This document shows, one piece after another, positions 17,555 to 29,868 of a DNA stretch of 64,000 bases. Both the position numbers and the translations under genes were made by a program. The number at the start of each line of letters is the position of its first letter. The stretch's first letter is position 1. The notes beneath the pieces were generated by a model, which did no database searches, had not been told where the DNA came from, and was given only the letters and a program-made list of their open reading frames with translations. Source of the DNA: Eledone cirrhosa (taxonomy: Eukaryota); the NCBI GenBank assembly GCA_964016885.1, contig OZ024741.1:218302001-218366000 (forward strand), given 5' to 3'.

Positions 17555-18012
17555 TCCCCTAAACGTCATTAAACTATATCACACATATACACACACTCAC
17601 ACATATACACACATATCCCTAAACGACATCAAACTATATTATATACACACACACACACACACACTCATATATATATACACACATAACCCCCTAAACGACA
17701 CCAAACTATATTATATACACACACTCATATATATACACACATAACCCCCTAAACGACACCAAACTATATTATATACACACACTCATATATATACACACAT
17801 AACCCCCTAAACGACACCAAACTATATTATATACACACACTCATATATATACATATATACACCCTAAAGGATACCAAACTATATTATATATACACATTCA
17901 CACATATATACACACATACACACATAAACGACACCAAACTATATTATATACACACACTCACACATATACACACATAAACGACACCAAAGTATATTATATA
18001 CACACATATATA
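17555..18012. repeat. ~58-bp minisatellite
   Basis: ctaaacgacaccaaactatattatatacac at 17691, 17749 and 17807 plus diverged flanking copies. Confidence 0.88.
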
Positions 18013-18187
18013 AACTCTATACAGTCTTTAAAACAGATTTTTTTTGCAACATTACAGAACGTGTGGTGCTATGCTGAGCTGCTGATAGTTTTAAATCATA
18101 TATATACACATACATACATAGATATATACATACATATATACATACATACATATATATATACATATATATATACATATATATATACAT

Positions 18188-18221
<34 letters not shown>

Positions 18222-18236
18222 ACATAGATATATATA

Positions 18237-18292
<56 letters not shown>

Positions 18293-18616
18293 TATATATA
18301 TATATATATACATACATATATATATACATACATACATATAGATATATACAAATATACACACATACATATATACATGCATTCATTCATACATACATATATA
18401 TACACACACATGTGTCAACAATAAATACACAAATATATAATGCATGCCATATTTATATAATTAGTATAATACACACACGTATATACACACACGTATATAC
18501 ACACACACATATATATATACACACAGACACCCATATATAGGCAGACACACATATATATATATACACACACATATATATACACTAATAGATATATATATAC
18601 ACACACACATATATAG

Positions 18617-18667
<51 letters not shown>

Positions 18668-19015
18668 CACAAATATATATATATATATATACACATAAGG
18701 TTGTACCTGTTGCTGTTGTATCATTCCCCTCTCTATACATCTCTCACTCTTTCTTTCTGTCTCTCTCTCTTCTCCCCTTTCACTCTCTCTCACACACATA
18801 CACTCTCTCTCTCTCGCAACTCATTCTCTTCCTCCTTCCGCCTCTCCCAGTTCCTTCCTCCCCACCACCACCAACAACAACAACAGCCAAGCCTGAGAAC
18901 AAGAGAGAGAGAGAGAGAGAAGAGACATACAGGCAGACAGACAAACAGGCAGTGTCCACCAGAAGACAGACAGTCAGACAGGAACAGTGAGACACAAAGA
19001 GATAGGGAGTTAGAC

Positions 19016-19070
<55 letters not shown>

Positions 19071-19382
19071 CGCATATATATATATATAGAGAGAGAGCCA
19101 GAGACACACACACATATAGTGAGAGAGACACAGAGAGACACACACACACATATATATAGAGAGAGAGACCGAGAGACACACACATATATATAGAGAGAGG
19201 CAGAGAGACACACACATATATATATAGAGAGAGACAGAGAGACACACTCATATAGTGAGAGAGAGAGAGTAAGAGAGTGTTGCCTGTGTGTGTGGTGGAT
19301 ATGTACTAAAAATTGACGAACACAATTCCTATTTGGTAAGTACTACTTCAAACCATCATTTACTTTAACTAGTTCATTATAC

Positions 19383-19430
<48 letters not shown>

Positions 19431-19690
19431 ATAATAACATATGTGTGTGTGTGTGTATGCTTTGTATTTTATTTATAATGTATTATCTATTTTATTTTTG
19501 TTTGAAAAAAATCCGATAATCTTCCGTTACTTTCTCGAAAAGAAAGAAAAATAAAATAAAATGAAAGGAAAAAAAAAAGACAGAAGCGATGATTTGTTAT
19601 TTAATGTAAACTAATGTTGGAAAGTCTCGTTGTATGGGAAATATTGTTGATTTCTTTATAACATATCATTATTGCCGTTTTGTTGTTATT

Positions 19691-21690
19691 TAGCAGAATC
19701 GGTAGAGCGTCGGAGGAAATGATTTGCCGTATTTAGTCATGGCCCTTTATGATCTGAGTTCAAATCCCGCCGAGGTTAACTTTGCCTTTCATCCTTACGG
19801 GGGTCGAAAAAATAAAGTATCAGTCACGCACTGGTATCGATTTAATCGACTCCCCTCCCTCCCACCCAAAAAATAAAATTGCTGGCCTTGTGCCTATATA
19901 AGAAAGCATTATTATATTCGGTGGATTGACAGTATCGGCAGAGGGTCGGACGCCATGCTTTCCAGCATAGTTACGTCCCTTTACGGACTGAGTTCAAATC
20001 CCGCCGAGGTTAACTTTGCCTTTCATCCTTACGGGGTCGATAAAATAAAGTGCCAGTAATGCAAACAATTATTATATACGTGAGGGTGAGGGTGGTGGAT
20101 TCACAGAATCGGTAGAGCGCGGGAGAAGATGTTTTCCTTTCCAGCTTTTGTTTATGATTTTTTACTTTCTGAGTTCAAATCTAGTCAAGGTTAACTTTAC
20201 CTTTACGTTCTGGGTTCAAATATCGCCAAGGTTAACTTTGCCTTTCATCCTTACGGGTTCGATAAAATAAAGTACCAGGGGTCGGTTTAGTCGACTTTCC
20301 CCGTCTCTTCTAATTGCTGGCCTTGTGCCAATGTAGAATAATTATTATATTTATATTAATTTCTGATGAAATTTCTTTTATTAATATTTATTATATACGT
20401 GAGGGTGATGGCGGTGGATTGGCAGAATCGGTAGAGCGACATACAAAGTGTTTTCCTTTCGAGCTTTTATTTACGATTATTTATGTTCTGAGTTCAAATC
20501 TCGCCGAGGTTTAGCTTTGCCTTTCATCCTTACAGGGTCGATAAAATAAAGTACCAGTAATGCACTGGGCTCGATTTAATCGACTTTCTCCTCCCCCACC
20601 CCCCCAAAAAATTGTTGGCCTTGTGCCTAAATCAGAAATCATTAAGGGTTGTAGATTGACAGTATCGGTAGAGCATCGGACAAAATGATTTTGTGGCATA
20701 GAGTAAGGACCGTTTACGTTCAGAGTACAAATGTTGCCGAGGTTAGCTTTGCCTTTCATCATTACAGAGTCGATAAAATAAAGTACCAGTAATGTACTGA
20801 GGTCAATTGAATCGACTTCCCCCTGCCATAAAATTGTTGGACTTGTGTCTAAATGTAGAAACCATTATTATATATTATATACGTGAGGGTGAGGGTGGTG
20901 GATTGACAGAATCGGTAGAGCGCCGGAGAAGATGTTTTCCTTCACAGCTTTTGTTTACGGTTATTTACTTTGTGTTCAAATCTCGCCGAGGGTAGCTTTG
21001 CCTTTCATCCTTAACGAGTCTATAAAATAAAGTACCAGTAATGCATTGGTTCGATTTCGTTGACTTTCCCCTTCCCCATCCTTTCAAATTGCTGGTCTTG
21101 TGCCAAAAGTTGAAACAAATATGTATTAGATGTGAGGGTAGTGGATTGGCCGAATCGGTAGAGCGCCAGGCATTTACGTTCCGAGTGCAAATCCCGTTGA
21201 GGTCAGCTTTGCGTTCCATCGTTCCTGAACTTGATGAAATAAAATAAGGTACCAGCTAAATACTGCGGTCCATGTAATCGATTTCGCCCCCCCCTCCATT
21301 TGTAGTTTTATGCCTAAATTAGAAATCGATATCATTGTACTATATACCGCTGTATTATCTTCCATAGTTTCCCGTAGATACAATATAATACCAGTAAACT
21401 ACTGAGGTAGATTTAACTGACTTTCTCCTCCCCTTCAAATTGCTGGACTTGTGCATATATTAGAAATAATAATTATTATCGGTAGAGCGTCGGACACCAT
21501 GCTTTGTGGCATGCAGTTATGACCCTTTACGGTCTGAGTTCAAATCCTGCCGAGGTTAGCTTTACGGTCTGAGTTCAAATCCTTACGAGGTCGATAAAAT
21601 AAAAATACCAGTAACGTACTGAGGTCGATTTAATCGACTTTCCCCTGCCCCTCCCCAAAAATTTGTTAGCCTTGTGCCTAAATCAGAAAC

Positions 21691-21725
<35 letters not shown>

Positions 21726-21998
21726 GGGCGGTGGATTGGCAGTATCGGTAGAGGGTCGGATGTCATGCTTTGACGCATAGAGTTACGGCCCTTTATGATC
21801 TGAGTTCAGATCCCGCCGAGGTTAACTTTGCCTTTCATCCTTACGGGGTCGATAAAATAAAATACCAGTCACACACTGGGGTCAATTTAATCGACTTTCC
21901 CCTCCCCCTAAATTACTGGCCTTTGTGCCTATACAATAAATCACTATTAAGGGTCGTTGATTGGCAGTATCGGTAGAGCGTCGGACATCATGCTTTGT
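19691..21998 (+). mobile_element. Head-to-tail cluster of ~9-11 SINE family A copies and fragments
   Basis: Repeated A/B boxes and core, all on the plus strand; shared leader attatatacgtgagggtga. Confidence 0.9.
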
Positions 21999-22221
21999 TG
22001 ATGGTAATCGCGAAGCTTAGTCTCTCTGTTGCTCTAGTAACATTTTTTCTTCTGGAAAATCTGATCTTGCAGCCAGGCTAGAACTTTTTGGGTGGCATAT
22101 CGGCAGAAACAATGACGATAAGCCGTCTGTGCTTTCGTGAAATAAATACGTTTGTTTATATTTTGTTTTTGTGGATGCAAAAATATATGTACACGAATAT
22201 ATAAATATATATACATATATA

Positions 22222-22470
22222 TTAAAATAACAGATTAAAGTTTAAGCAAAGAATCGCTGTTTTCACCCTTAACGGGATCTTCTGAAACTAACAAAATCAA
22301 TCTGTGAACGCAGAAGTAAATATTTCGAAAAACGTTGCAACCGAAAGAAAACAGGAAGATGATAATGTGGTTCGTGAAGACGTTAGGAATGTCGTATAAC
22401 CGGAAGTATTGACATTTGAAAATTTTAAAGAAGTGAATATTTAAATAATTTTTTAAATCTTTTAACAAAA
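22222..22470 (-). mobile_element. CAGAAGA-hammerhead family element body (HHR-like fold 22231-22304)
   Basis: Homologous to ~62720-62890 (plus); reverse complement cagatt..agttt-CAGAAGA-tcccgttaagggt-GAAA-acagcgattctttgc-tt-aaact-ttaatctg. Confidence 0.7.
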
Positions 22471-22779
22471 ATCAGTAGACTAAAATACCTTCACTTTCTT
22501 GGTTTGGTCCAGCCACTTGGCGGAAAGTTTGTTACTTACATACGGCCGTCAGCTTTATAGTATAGATATTATATCAATTATATATAAATTAACGATTTCA
22601 TTTATTATATATTATTTAAAATTTGCATTTCGGCAGGTCTCTCTGGAAATAGGGTTGGGGTGCGTGAGGGTATTACGTGGCTGTGAGGGGAGGGCTCAAA
22701 AGTTTGAGAATCTATGCTATAGAGTATGCTGTATGAGTTGTGTTATTTTAATAACTGGTGATTATATTGGGTATGTGTT

Positions 22780-23310
22780 ATGTGTGTTGTGTTGTGTTAC
22801 TAGGTGCACATGTTTTTATTCCAGTCCTCAATTATATTTGGACAATTTTCTTTTATATTTGTTGTCATTTTGGATAAGCATGACCTATATAATAAAGGAG
22901 AAGTCGATGTCATAACCGTGTTGGGTCATGTTTATACAATTTCATGTCCATTTTCTTTGGGTTTTTTTTTTACATCGAAGTGTCGCCATATTGCTTAGTG
23001 GACAAAGGTACAGATTCGCTCGAGTCTGTGTATATATTCACACTTGGTAAATACTATGTAACCGGAGATGACGTAGTTAACCAACACATATTGGTTGTAC
23101 AGTTCTCTTTCAGTGTTTATTTCTGTAATTGCTTGCGACTAAATAGTATCCGCGTGTAATTAGAATTACACTTTCCATTGCAACTTTTAGAGCAGCCTCT
23201 TTGAACTACTGTTGACCTCAATTCTGGCTTATCTCCCTTTTCTGTCGTGTCTTGTTGGATATTGGCCATGGAGTGGTTTTTCTCTATATTTGCTTTCTTC
23301 TGTATATTTT
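22780..23310 (-). mobile_element. Decayed R4/Dong-like non-LTR retrotransposon (zinc-knuckle/RLE region)
   Basis: Frameshifted translation Q*FKEAALKVAMESVILI..NYRNK / VNYVISGYIVFTKCEYIHRLERICTFVH*AIWRHFDV / YKHDP / IKENCPNII parallels the R4-clade motifs WL..LK.E.E..I, HIISGC..LA..EY..RH..+..+HW, Y.H.P and I.ANRPDI. Confidence 0.65.
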
Positions 23311-23535
23311 CAAACTTATATATATATATATATAGAGAGAGAGAAAAATTAAATAAACTAATAAATAAATAAAAACAGTTCATGACAGGAATATATCAAA
23401 CTAGATATATGTAAATGACCTGAAGTTTCCGCAAATTTCGATATCACGTGACTTTATTGCCGCAGATAGATTTCATGCAGGAAAATATAGGTCAATTTTC
23501 TTTAAATCACATGCATCGTTGCTATGCATACATGC

Positions 23536-23661
<126 letters not shown>

Positions 23662-24011
23662 TCCTTTTTGATTCAGTTTATACATGGGTGTGTATATGTG
23701 TATTTGAATGCATATATGTTCGTACATACGTATTTATTATCATATGCACACGTGCATATATATATATATATATGTAAATTCTTTTGTTAACCTGTTTAGT
23801 TTGCTTCGATTTTTTGGCATCGGTGGCTGATAGCTTCATGACCGCCGTTTTCAGTTTGTCTAGCCTCTACAACGTATGTTAATTACTCTGGTCTTCTTTT
23901 AGTCCATTGAGCGCTTGCCGCATATCTCGAAAATTGCGTTTCGCTTTGTTTTTTACCACAGCCGGAATACGATCTCGCTGAAATTATATTTGTATAATAT
24001 ATATATATAAT

Positions 24012-24043
<32 letters not shown>

Positions 24044-24099
24044 ATTATATTTGTATAATATATATATTATATATCTATAATGTATATATATATATATAT

Positions 24100-24280
24100 A
24101 TTAAAATAACAGATTAAAGTTTAAACAAAGATGCGTTACTTTCAAAGGGTGAAAGCAGCGATTCTTTGCTTAAACTTTCTGTTATTTTAATAAATATTTG
24201 CTTTAAGGTTCTTATATATTTGATATATACTTATCCTTATCGAGCCCTCTTTGGATTTTAGTCTTCAAATTTATTATTAT

Positions 24281-24283
<3 letters not shown>
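24100..24283. mobile_element. Fold-back 3' end of the CAGAAGA-hammerhead family
   Basis: Same arms and tail as 10968-11150, flanked by (TA)n. Confidence 0.7.
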
Positions 24284-24316
<33 letters not shown>

Positions 24317-24616
24317 AGATACAGCTGTAGCTATCATGTGCGAATCAGACAAGCTGTCACGTGACTCACACACAGACTCTGGTAGGCAATAACCCCAGAT
24401 AATATCACTTACTTTGCTTAAACTCTCGCCGTCGTCGCCTGGCAAGAAGAACCACACAAACTAGATTAAAGGTCTTGCGTCAGTGTATGGAAGATCAACT
24501 AGTGATGGAGTTTAATGTTTGTACTATCAGTTCATGAGAGGCGAGATGTCTAACTCATTACCTGCACTGTCTTTTAGTGTGACCTGACTGGCCAATAAAG
24601 AACTTATTAGTATTAT

Positions 24617-25735
24617 GTTACGGCTCTTTACGGTCTGAGAGTCAAATCTCACCGAGGATAACTTTGCCTTTCATTTTTAAGGGGTCGATAAAATAAAGTA
24701 TCAGTAACGCACTGGGGTCGATTCAGTCGAATTTCCCCTTCCTTTCAAAATGCTGGCTTTGTGACAAAAAGAAGAAACAATTATTATTATTAGGTAGATT
24801 GGCAGTATCGGTAGAGGATCGGACGCCATGCTTTGATGCATAGAGTTACGGCCCTTTCCATTCTGAGTTCAAATTCCACCGAGGTTAACTTTGCCTTTCA
24901 TCCTTACGGGGTCGATAAAATAAAGTACCAGTCAGGCGCTGGGTCGATTTAATCGACTTTCCCCTCCCCCCAAATTGCTGGTCTTCTGCCTATATAAGAA
25001 ACCATTATTAGTCATATTGTTATTGCGTGTCGTCACTGCATAACCAAGCCCAGCTCTGTGTGTGTACTAGATGTGTGCAGTGTTGATTTTTGGTATTGTT
25101 TCTGCGTTATATGTGCTCTGTAGCGCTATTTTCTGTATACTGTAGATGTTTGTAAGACGGCTTGGGTAATGAATCTGTCTATGTGTGTATGTTTTATTTT
25201 AATCATTCCCAGGGAACCTATTATTATAGGGATTGTTTCTGTTTTCATAATCCACATTCAGGTTATTTCTCCAGACCTTTACATTTAGATAATTTTTCCA
25301 TTTCCTTGATATATTTCGGCAGTATCGGTAGAGGGTCGGACGCCATGCTTTGCAGCATAGAGTTACGGCCCTTTATGGTCTGAGTTCAAATCCCGCCGAG
25401 GTTAGCTTTGCATTTCATCCTTACGGGGTCGATAAAATAAAGTACCAGTAATGCACTCGGGTCGATTTAATCGACTTTCCCCTCCCCTTCAAATTGCTGG
25501 CCTTGTGCCTAAATCATAAATCATTATTATTATTATTAAGGCGGTGGATTGACAGTATCGGTAGAGCATCGGTGGCCATGCTTTGCAGCGTAGAGTTACG
25601 GCCCTTTACAGTCTGAGTTCAAATCCCGCCGAGGTTAACTTTGCCTTTCATCTCCTTACGGGGTCGATAAAATAAAGTACCAGTAATGTACTGGGTATTT
25701 GCTGGCCTTGTGCCAAAAAGTAGAAACAATTATCA
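24617..25735 (+). mobile_element. SINE family A, two head-to-tail pairs (24617-25010, 25318-25735)
   Basis: A/B boxes, core and tail. Confidence 0.9.
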
Positions 25736-26168
25736 ATTTGCTGTTTACTAGTAATTGAATATGGCGTTCTTTAGGAGAAGGGGCAGGCAGGGGTGCCAGT
25801 AACAAGGTCGCATCGATTTCGTCCTGGAAAAAAAATAAAATTTGAAAACGGCAAGACAAAATTTGAAAAAAGTCAACCATTTGAAAAAAATTTCGAAAAA
25901 ATAAGGAAGTGAATAGATTTGAAAAACCAACAACAACAAAAAAAGACGTGACACAGAAGACAATTACAGTATGAGAGACAAGGCCATAAAATAACGAAAT
26001 TTCCAATAAGGTTTGTAGCAATGGTTGCACTTTTGATAGCGTTGGTAATTGGAGTGGGGGGGGGGGGGGAGGGAGTATGTGATATATGACGGCTTTGTGT
26101 GGTGAAGAAGAGAGCTTGGGAAATCTATGTAACAGGGGAAAGTACTTCCATGTTCGTGTAATATATTG

Positions 26169-26702
26169 CAGACCTGTCAACTCTCCCCGTCCGACGGGGG
26201 AGATCTCCCTCCCACTTACTCTGGGGTGGATGAGAGATGTCTTTTCTTGTGAAAATGGGGATAGCTTTCATTATCTAAAATCTCCCCGAGGTTAACTTTG
26301 CCTTCCATCCTTTCGGGGGTCCTTACGGTCCTTACGGGGGCGATAAAATAAAATACCAGTAATGTACTGGGTAATTTGCTAGGCTTGTGAGAAAAGTAGA
26401 AACAATTATTTAAGGGCGCTGAATTGGCAGCATCGGTAGAGCGTCAGACACCATGCTTTACAGCATAGAGTTATGGCTCTTTACGTTCTGCGTTCAAATC
26501 CCGCCGAGGATAACTTTGCCTTTCATCCTTACGGGGGTCGATAAAATAAAGTACCAGTAATGCACTGCGATAATTGCTGGCCTTGTGCCAAAAGTAGAAA
26601 CAATTATCTAAAATCTCCCTCATTTTGTCTCATTTCTCACCGTTTTGGGGCACTTTTTTTCGTGGTACTCCCCGTTTGGGTTTTTAGAGGTTGGCAGGTC
26701 TG
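26169..26702. mobile_element. Non-autonomous DNA transposon (MITE) with CA..TG ends and 7-bp TSD, carrying nested SINEs
   Basis: TIR cagacctgtcaac / gttggcaggtctg; tatattg at 26162-26168 and 26703-26709. Confidence 0.75.
26287..26602 (+). mobile_element. Truncated plus full SINE A tandem with 17-bp TSD
   Basis: attatctaaaatctccc at 26270-26286 and 26603-26619. Confidence 0.85.
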
Positions 26703-27296
26703 TATATTGCAGAATGGGCCCAATGGATAGGAGCATATCTCCGATTGTTTTTTTAAACCCCATATACCCGCAAAGGAACAATTGGAAGTAACCTTAGTTG
26801 ATATATTGTAGGGTGTTTCATAAAGCGGGGTAGGACATATCAGAGCGTGTCGTAGTCTTTAAGACCGAGGATGTGGCTAGGTGACAGATGGATTTGATGC
26901 ACCATAAATGTATCCATTGGTCGAGTGTCGATGTATATTGGGAGACGATATATAGGAGTGACAGTCAATGACATTGGTAGTGACGTCATCATCACCTTCA
27001 GAGCTCTATTAAAGACGTTTTAAAAAGCGTTCCCGCCACGACTGTCCTTACACATTTTCAGACATTAAGACTACATTTATTATCCAATACACAGACAGAT
27101 ACATTACCCCAACCCTAGGACTTACAAATATACCCAGCACACAGGAAATACCACTACTAAGCACCGTACACATATATAACGAAGAGTATTCTCAATAAAA
27201 CAGAAATAACAATATACAAAACCACACTGCACATGTCCAAGACGCACAGCGCTATGCCCGGTAATGTAATGATGACACACAATAAAAATACAACTA

Positions 27297-27395
27297 ATAA
27301 TGATTTCTAATTTAGGCAAAAGACCAGCAGTATGTATAGAGGGGAAAGTCGATTAAATCGATCCCAGTGTGTTACTGATACTTTATTTTATCGAC
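27297..27395 (-). mobile_element. SINE family A 3' fragment
   Basis: ggggaaagtcgattaaatcga..actttattttatcgac. Confidence 0.8.
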
Positions 27396-27787
27396 AATTA
27401 GTTAAAAAAATGATGTCTGTATGATAGAAAGGTAGATTTGACTATTCATTCTAGCAAGTCTAGTAACCATGTCGTGGATTTGTTTCTGTCATACTACTAC
27501 GTAGAGTCTCTTTCATTGACCACAACGTCACCTTGGTAAAGATGCCACATAATAGGATCGAAACCAGGAGACCTTACTTGTGTTATCACTGCAATGAACT
27601 GAACCTTTACTTGGTGAATTAAAGTGTAATGAGATTATATGATGTTTGCAATAGAAAAAAGCGGCAGACATTAAAGTCCGGGTCTTGGGGTTCCCCAGAT
27701 AATAGGGCGAAAGCATTGTCGCCGAGAACAGCCAACGATACCCGCTGCATCAGCTAATCCCCCCTCAGGTGACTCCTTCATTTAGTG

Positions 27788-27954
27788 CAGTGGTTCCCAA
27801 AGTGGGTTCCACAAAGGAGTGTCCGGGGTTACGTGAAAAAAGGTATAGGAGTATATTTATATTACGACCATATAACATAATTAAACTTTCGGGTTCCCCG
27901 CAAAGTTTCTGAAATAAAAAGGGTTCCGCGATTGAAAACGTTTGGGAAAACCTG
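27788..27954. mobile_element. hAT (Charlie-like) MITE
   Basis: TIR cagtggttcccaaa / tttgggaaaacctg; 8-bp TSD atttagtg / atttagag with central TA. Confidence 0.8.
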
Positions 27955-28393
27955 ATTTAGAGGGTTGCACTCCTCTCGATTTTTCAGAAGAAATCTCGGC
28001 AGTCCAGCGTCAAAGGACACCCAGAGGGCTCGATGGCGCCCTACACGACAAAGAAGCTGTCGGTTAAGTCCCCCGTATCTTAGCTATCTTCTTCTCATTT
28101 GCATTACTGGTGGCAGTAATAGTGTTGGAACGACAAGGGTGGAGGTGGAGGAAGTGTTGCCGTACGTGGTACCCCGCATTAGAGATTTTCTCCCCTCGAA
28201 CGAGGAAAGGGTTATCCCGTCGGAAGACTTACCATCATCAGCGCCAGCACCAGCACCAGCACCAGCACTACCAGCACCACCACCACTATCACAACCAACA
28301 CTACCACCGCCGCCACTACCCCCACAGCATCACCACCACCACCACCACCACCATATATATATATATTTGTATATATATATATATGTATATTTG

Positions 28394-28438
<45 letters not shown>

Positions 28439-29677
28439 ATATATTTGTATATATATATATATATTTGTATATATTTGTATATATATATATATTTGTATAT
28501 ATATATATATATATATATTTGTATATATATATATATATATATATATTTGTATATATATATTTATATATATACACATATATATATATATATATACATATGT
28601 ATATATATATATACATACATGCATAAATGCATGCATGCATACATACATATATACATACATGCATGCATATATACATACATGCATGCATGCATGCAGACGT
28701 ACATACAGATATTCATACATACATACATACATATATACATACATACATATATACATACATACAAGCATGCATGAAGACATACATACACATATACATACAT
28801 ACAAACATGCATGCATACATACATATATATTTGTGTGTGTATGTATGTGCGTATGCATGCGCACATAGCCCTGCATAATGTTTGTATATTGTGTGCGTGA
28901 ATGAGAGAGAGACAGTCAGAGACAGAGAGGGAGTAAGACAGAAAGGTAATGAGAGAGAGAGAGATTGAGAAAGAGAGAGAGAGAGAGAGAGATTGAGAAA
29001 GAGAGAGAGAGAGAGAGGAGACCGTGCGATAGAGAGAGAGATGGAGTGATAGATTGGGAGAGAGAGAAGGGGAGAGATGGAGAAAAAAGAGGTGAGAGAG
29101 ATGGAGAGAGAGTGGAGCAGAAAAAGAGAGTGAGAGAGGGATGGAGAGCGAGAGAAGGAGGAGAGAAAGAGAAGGAGGAGAGTGATAGAAGGAGAGAAAA
29201 ATGGAGAGCGAGAGAAGGAGGAGAGAAAGAGAAGGAGGAGAGTGATAGAAGGAGAGAAAAATGGAGAGGTGAGAGAGAAGGAGAAAGGTGAGAGGTGGAG
29301 AGAGAGAGAGGGAGACGAGAGAGGGAATGAAATTTAAAGAGATCGATATGTAGTAAGAAATCTATGTCTATTTAATAGGAACGAGACGCGCAAGCTGTGC
29401 AAATAAGTGCGTGGGTGGCTGCACATGCAGAAGCAATGTGCATGCTATCAATCTGCCCGTGCATTGTGGTGGTGGTGAACTCGTTTACTGGTTTGCTTGC
29501 ACTTGTATAGGCGTCACAACTGCATGTCGCCTTTCCACGCTGGTTGCGCGTGCACACGTCCGTATGTGTCAATGCATGCATGCATAATGCACGTGCATTG
29601 TGTAGCACATGCTGCACAAAAGGATTTCGTATTGAGACGAGACGGAATACTGTGTTGACAACTTGACAATATACTGT

Positions 29678-29822
29678 AATAATTGTTTCTACCTTTGGCA
29701 CAAGGCCAGCCATTACCCAGTACATTACTGGTACTTTATTTTATCGACCCCGTAAGGATGAAATGCAAAGTTAATCTCCACGGGATTTGAACTCAGACCG
29801 TTCAAATCCCGTCGAGGTTAAC
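29678..29822 (-). mobile_element. SINE family A ending in a 23-bp fold-back
   Basis: Core sequence; arms 29770-29792 and 29800-29822. Confidence 0.8.
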
Positions 29823-29868
29823 TGTGATAATGTTATTCAGTATTAACGGTGTAATGATAAGCTGACTA

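Noticed and set aside
26750-28230. Possible Tx1 ORF1 remnant (MYIGRRYIGVTV; RRPYLCYHCNE)
   Set aside because: Fragments too short and disrupted to call without a profile search
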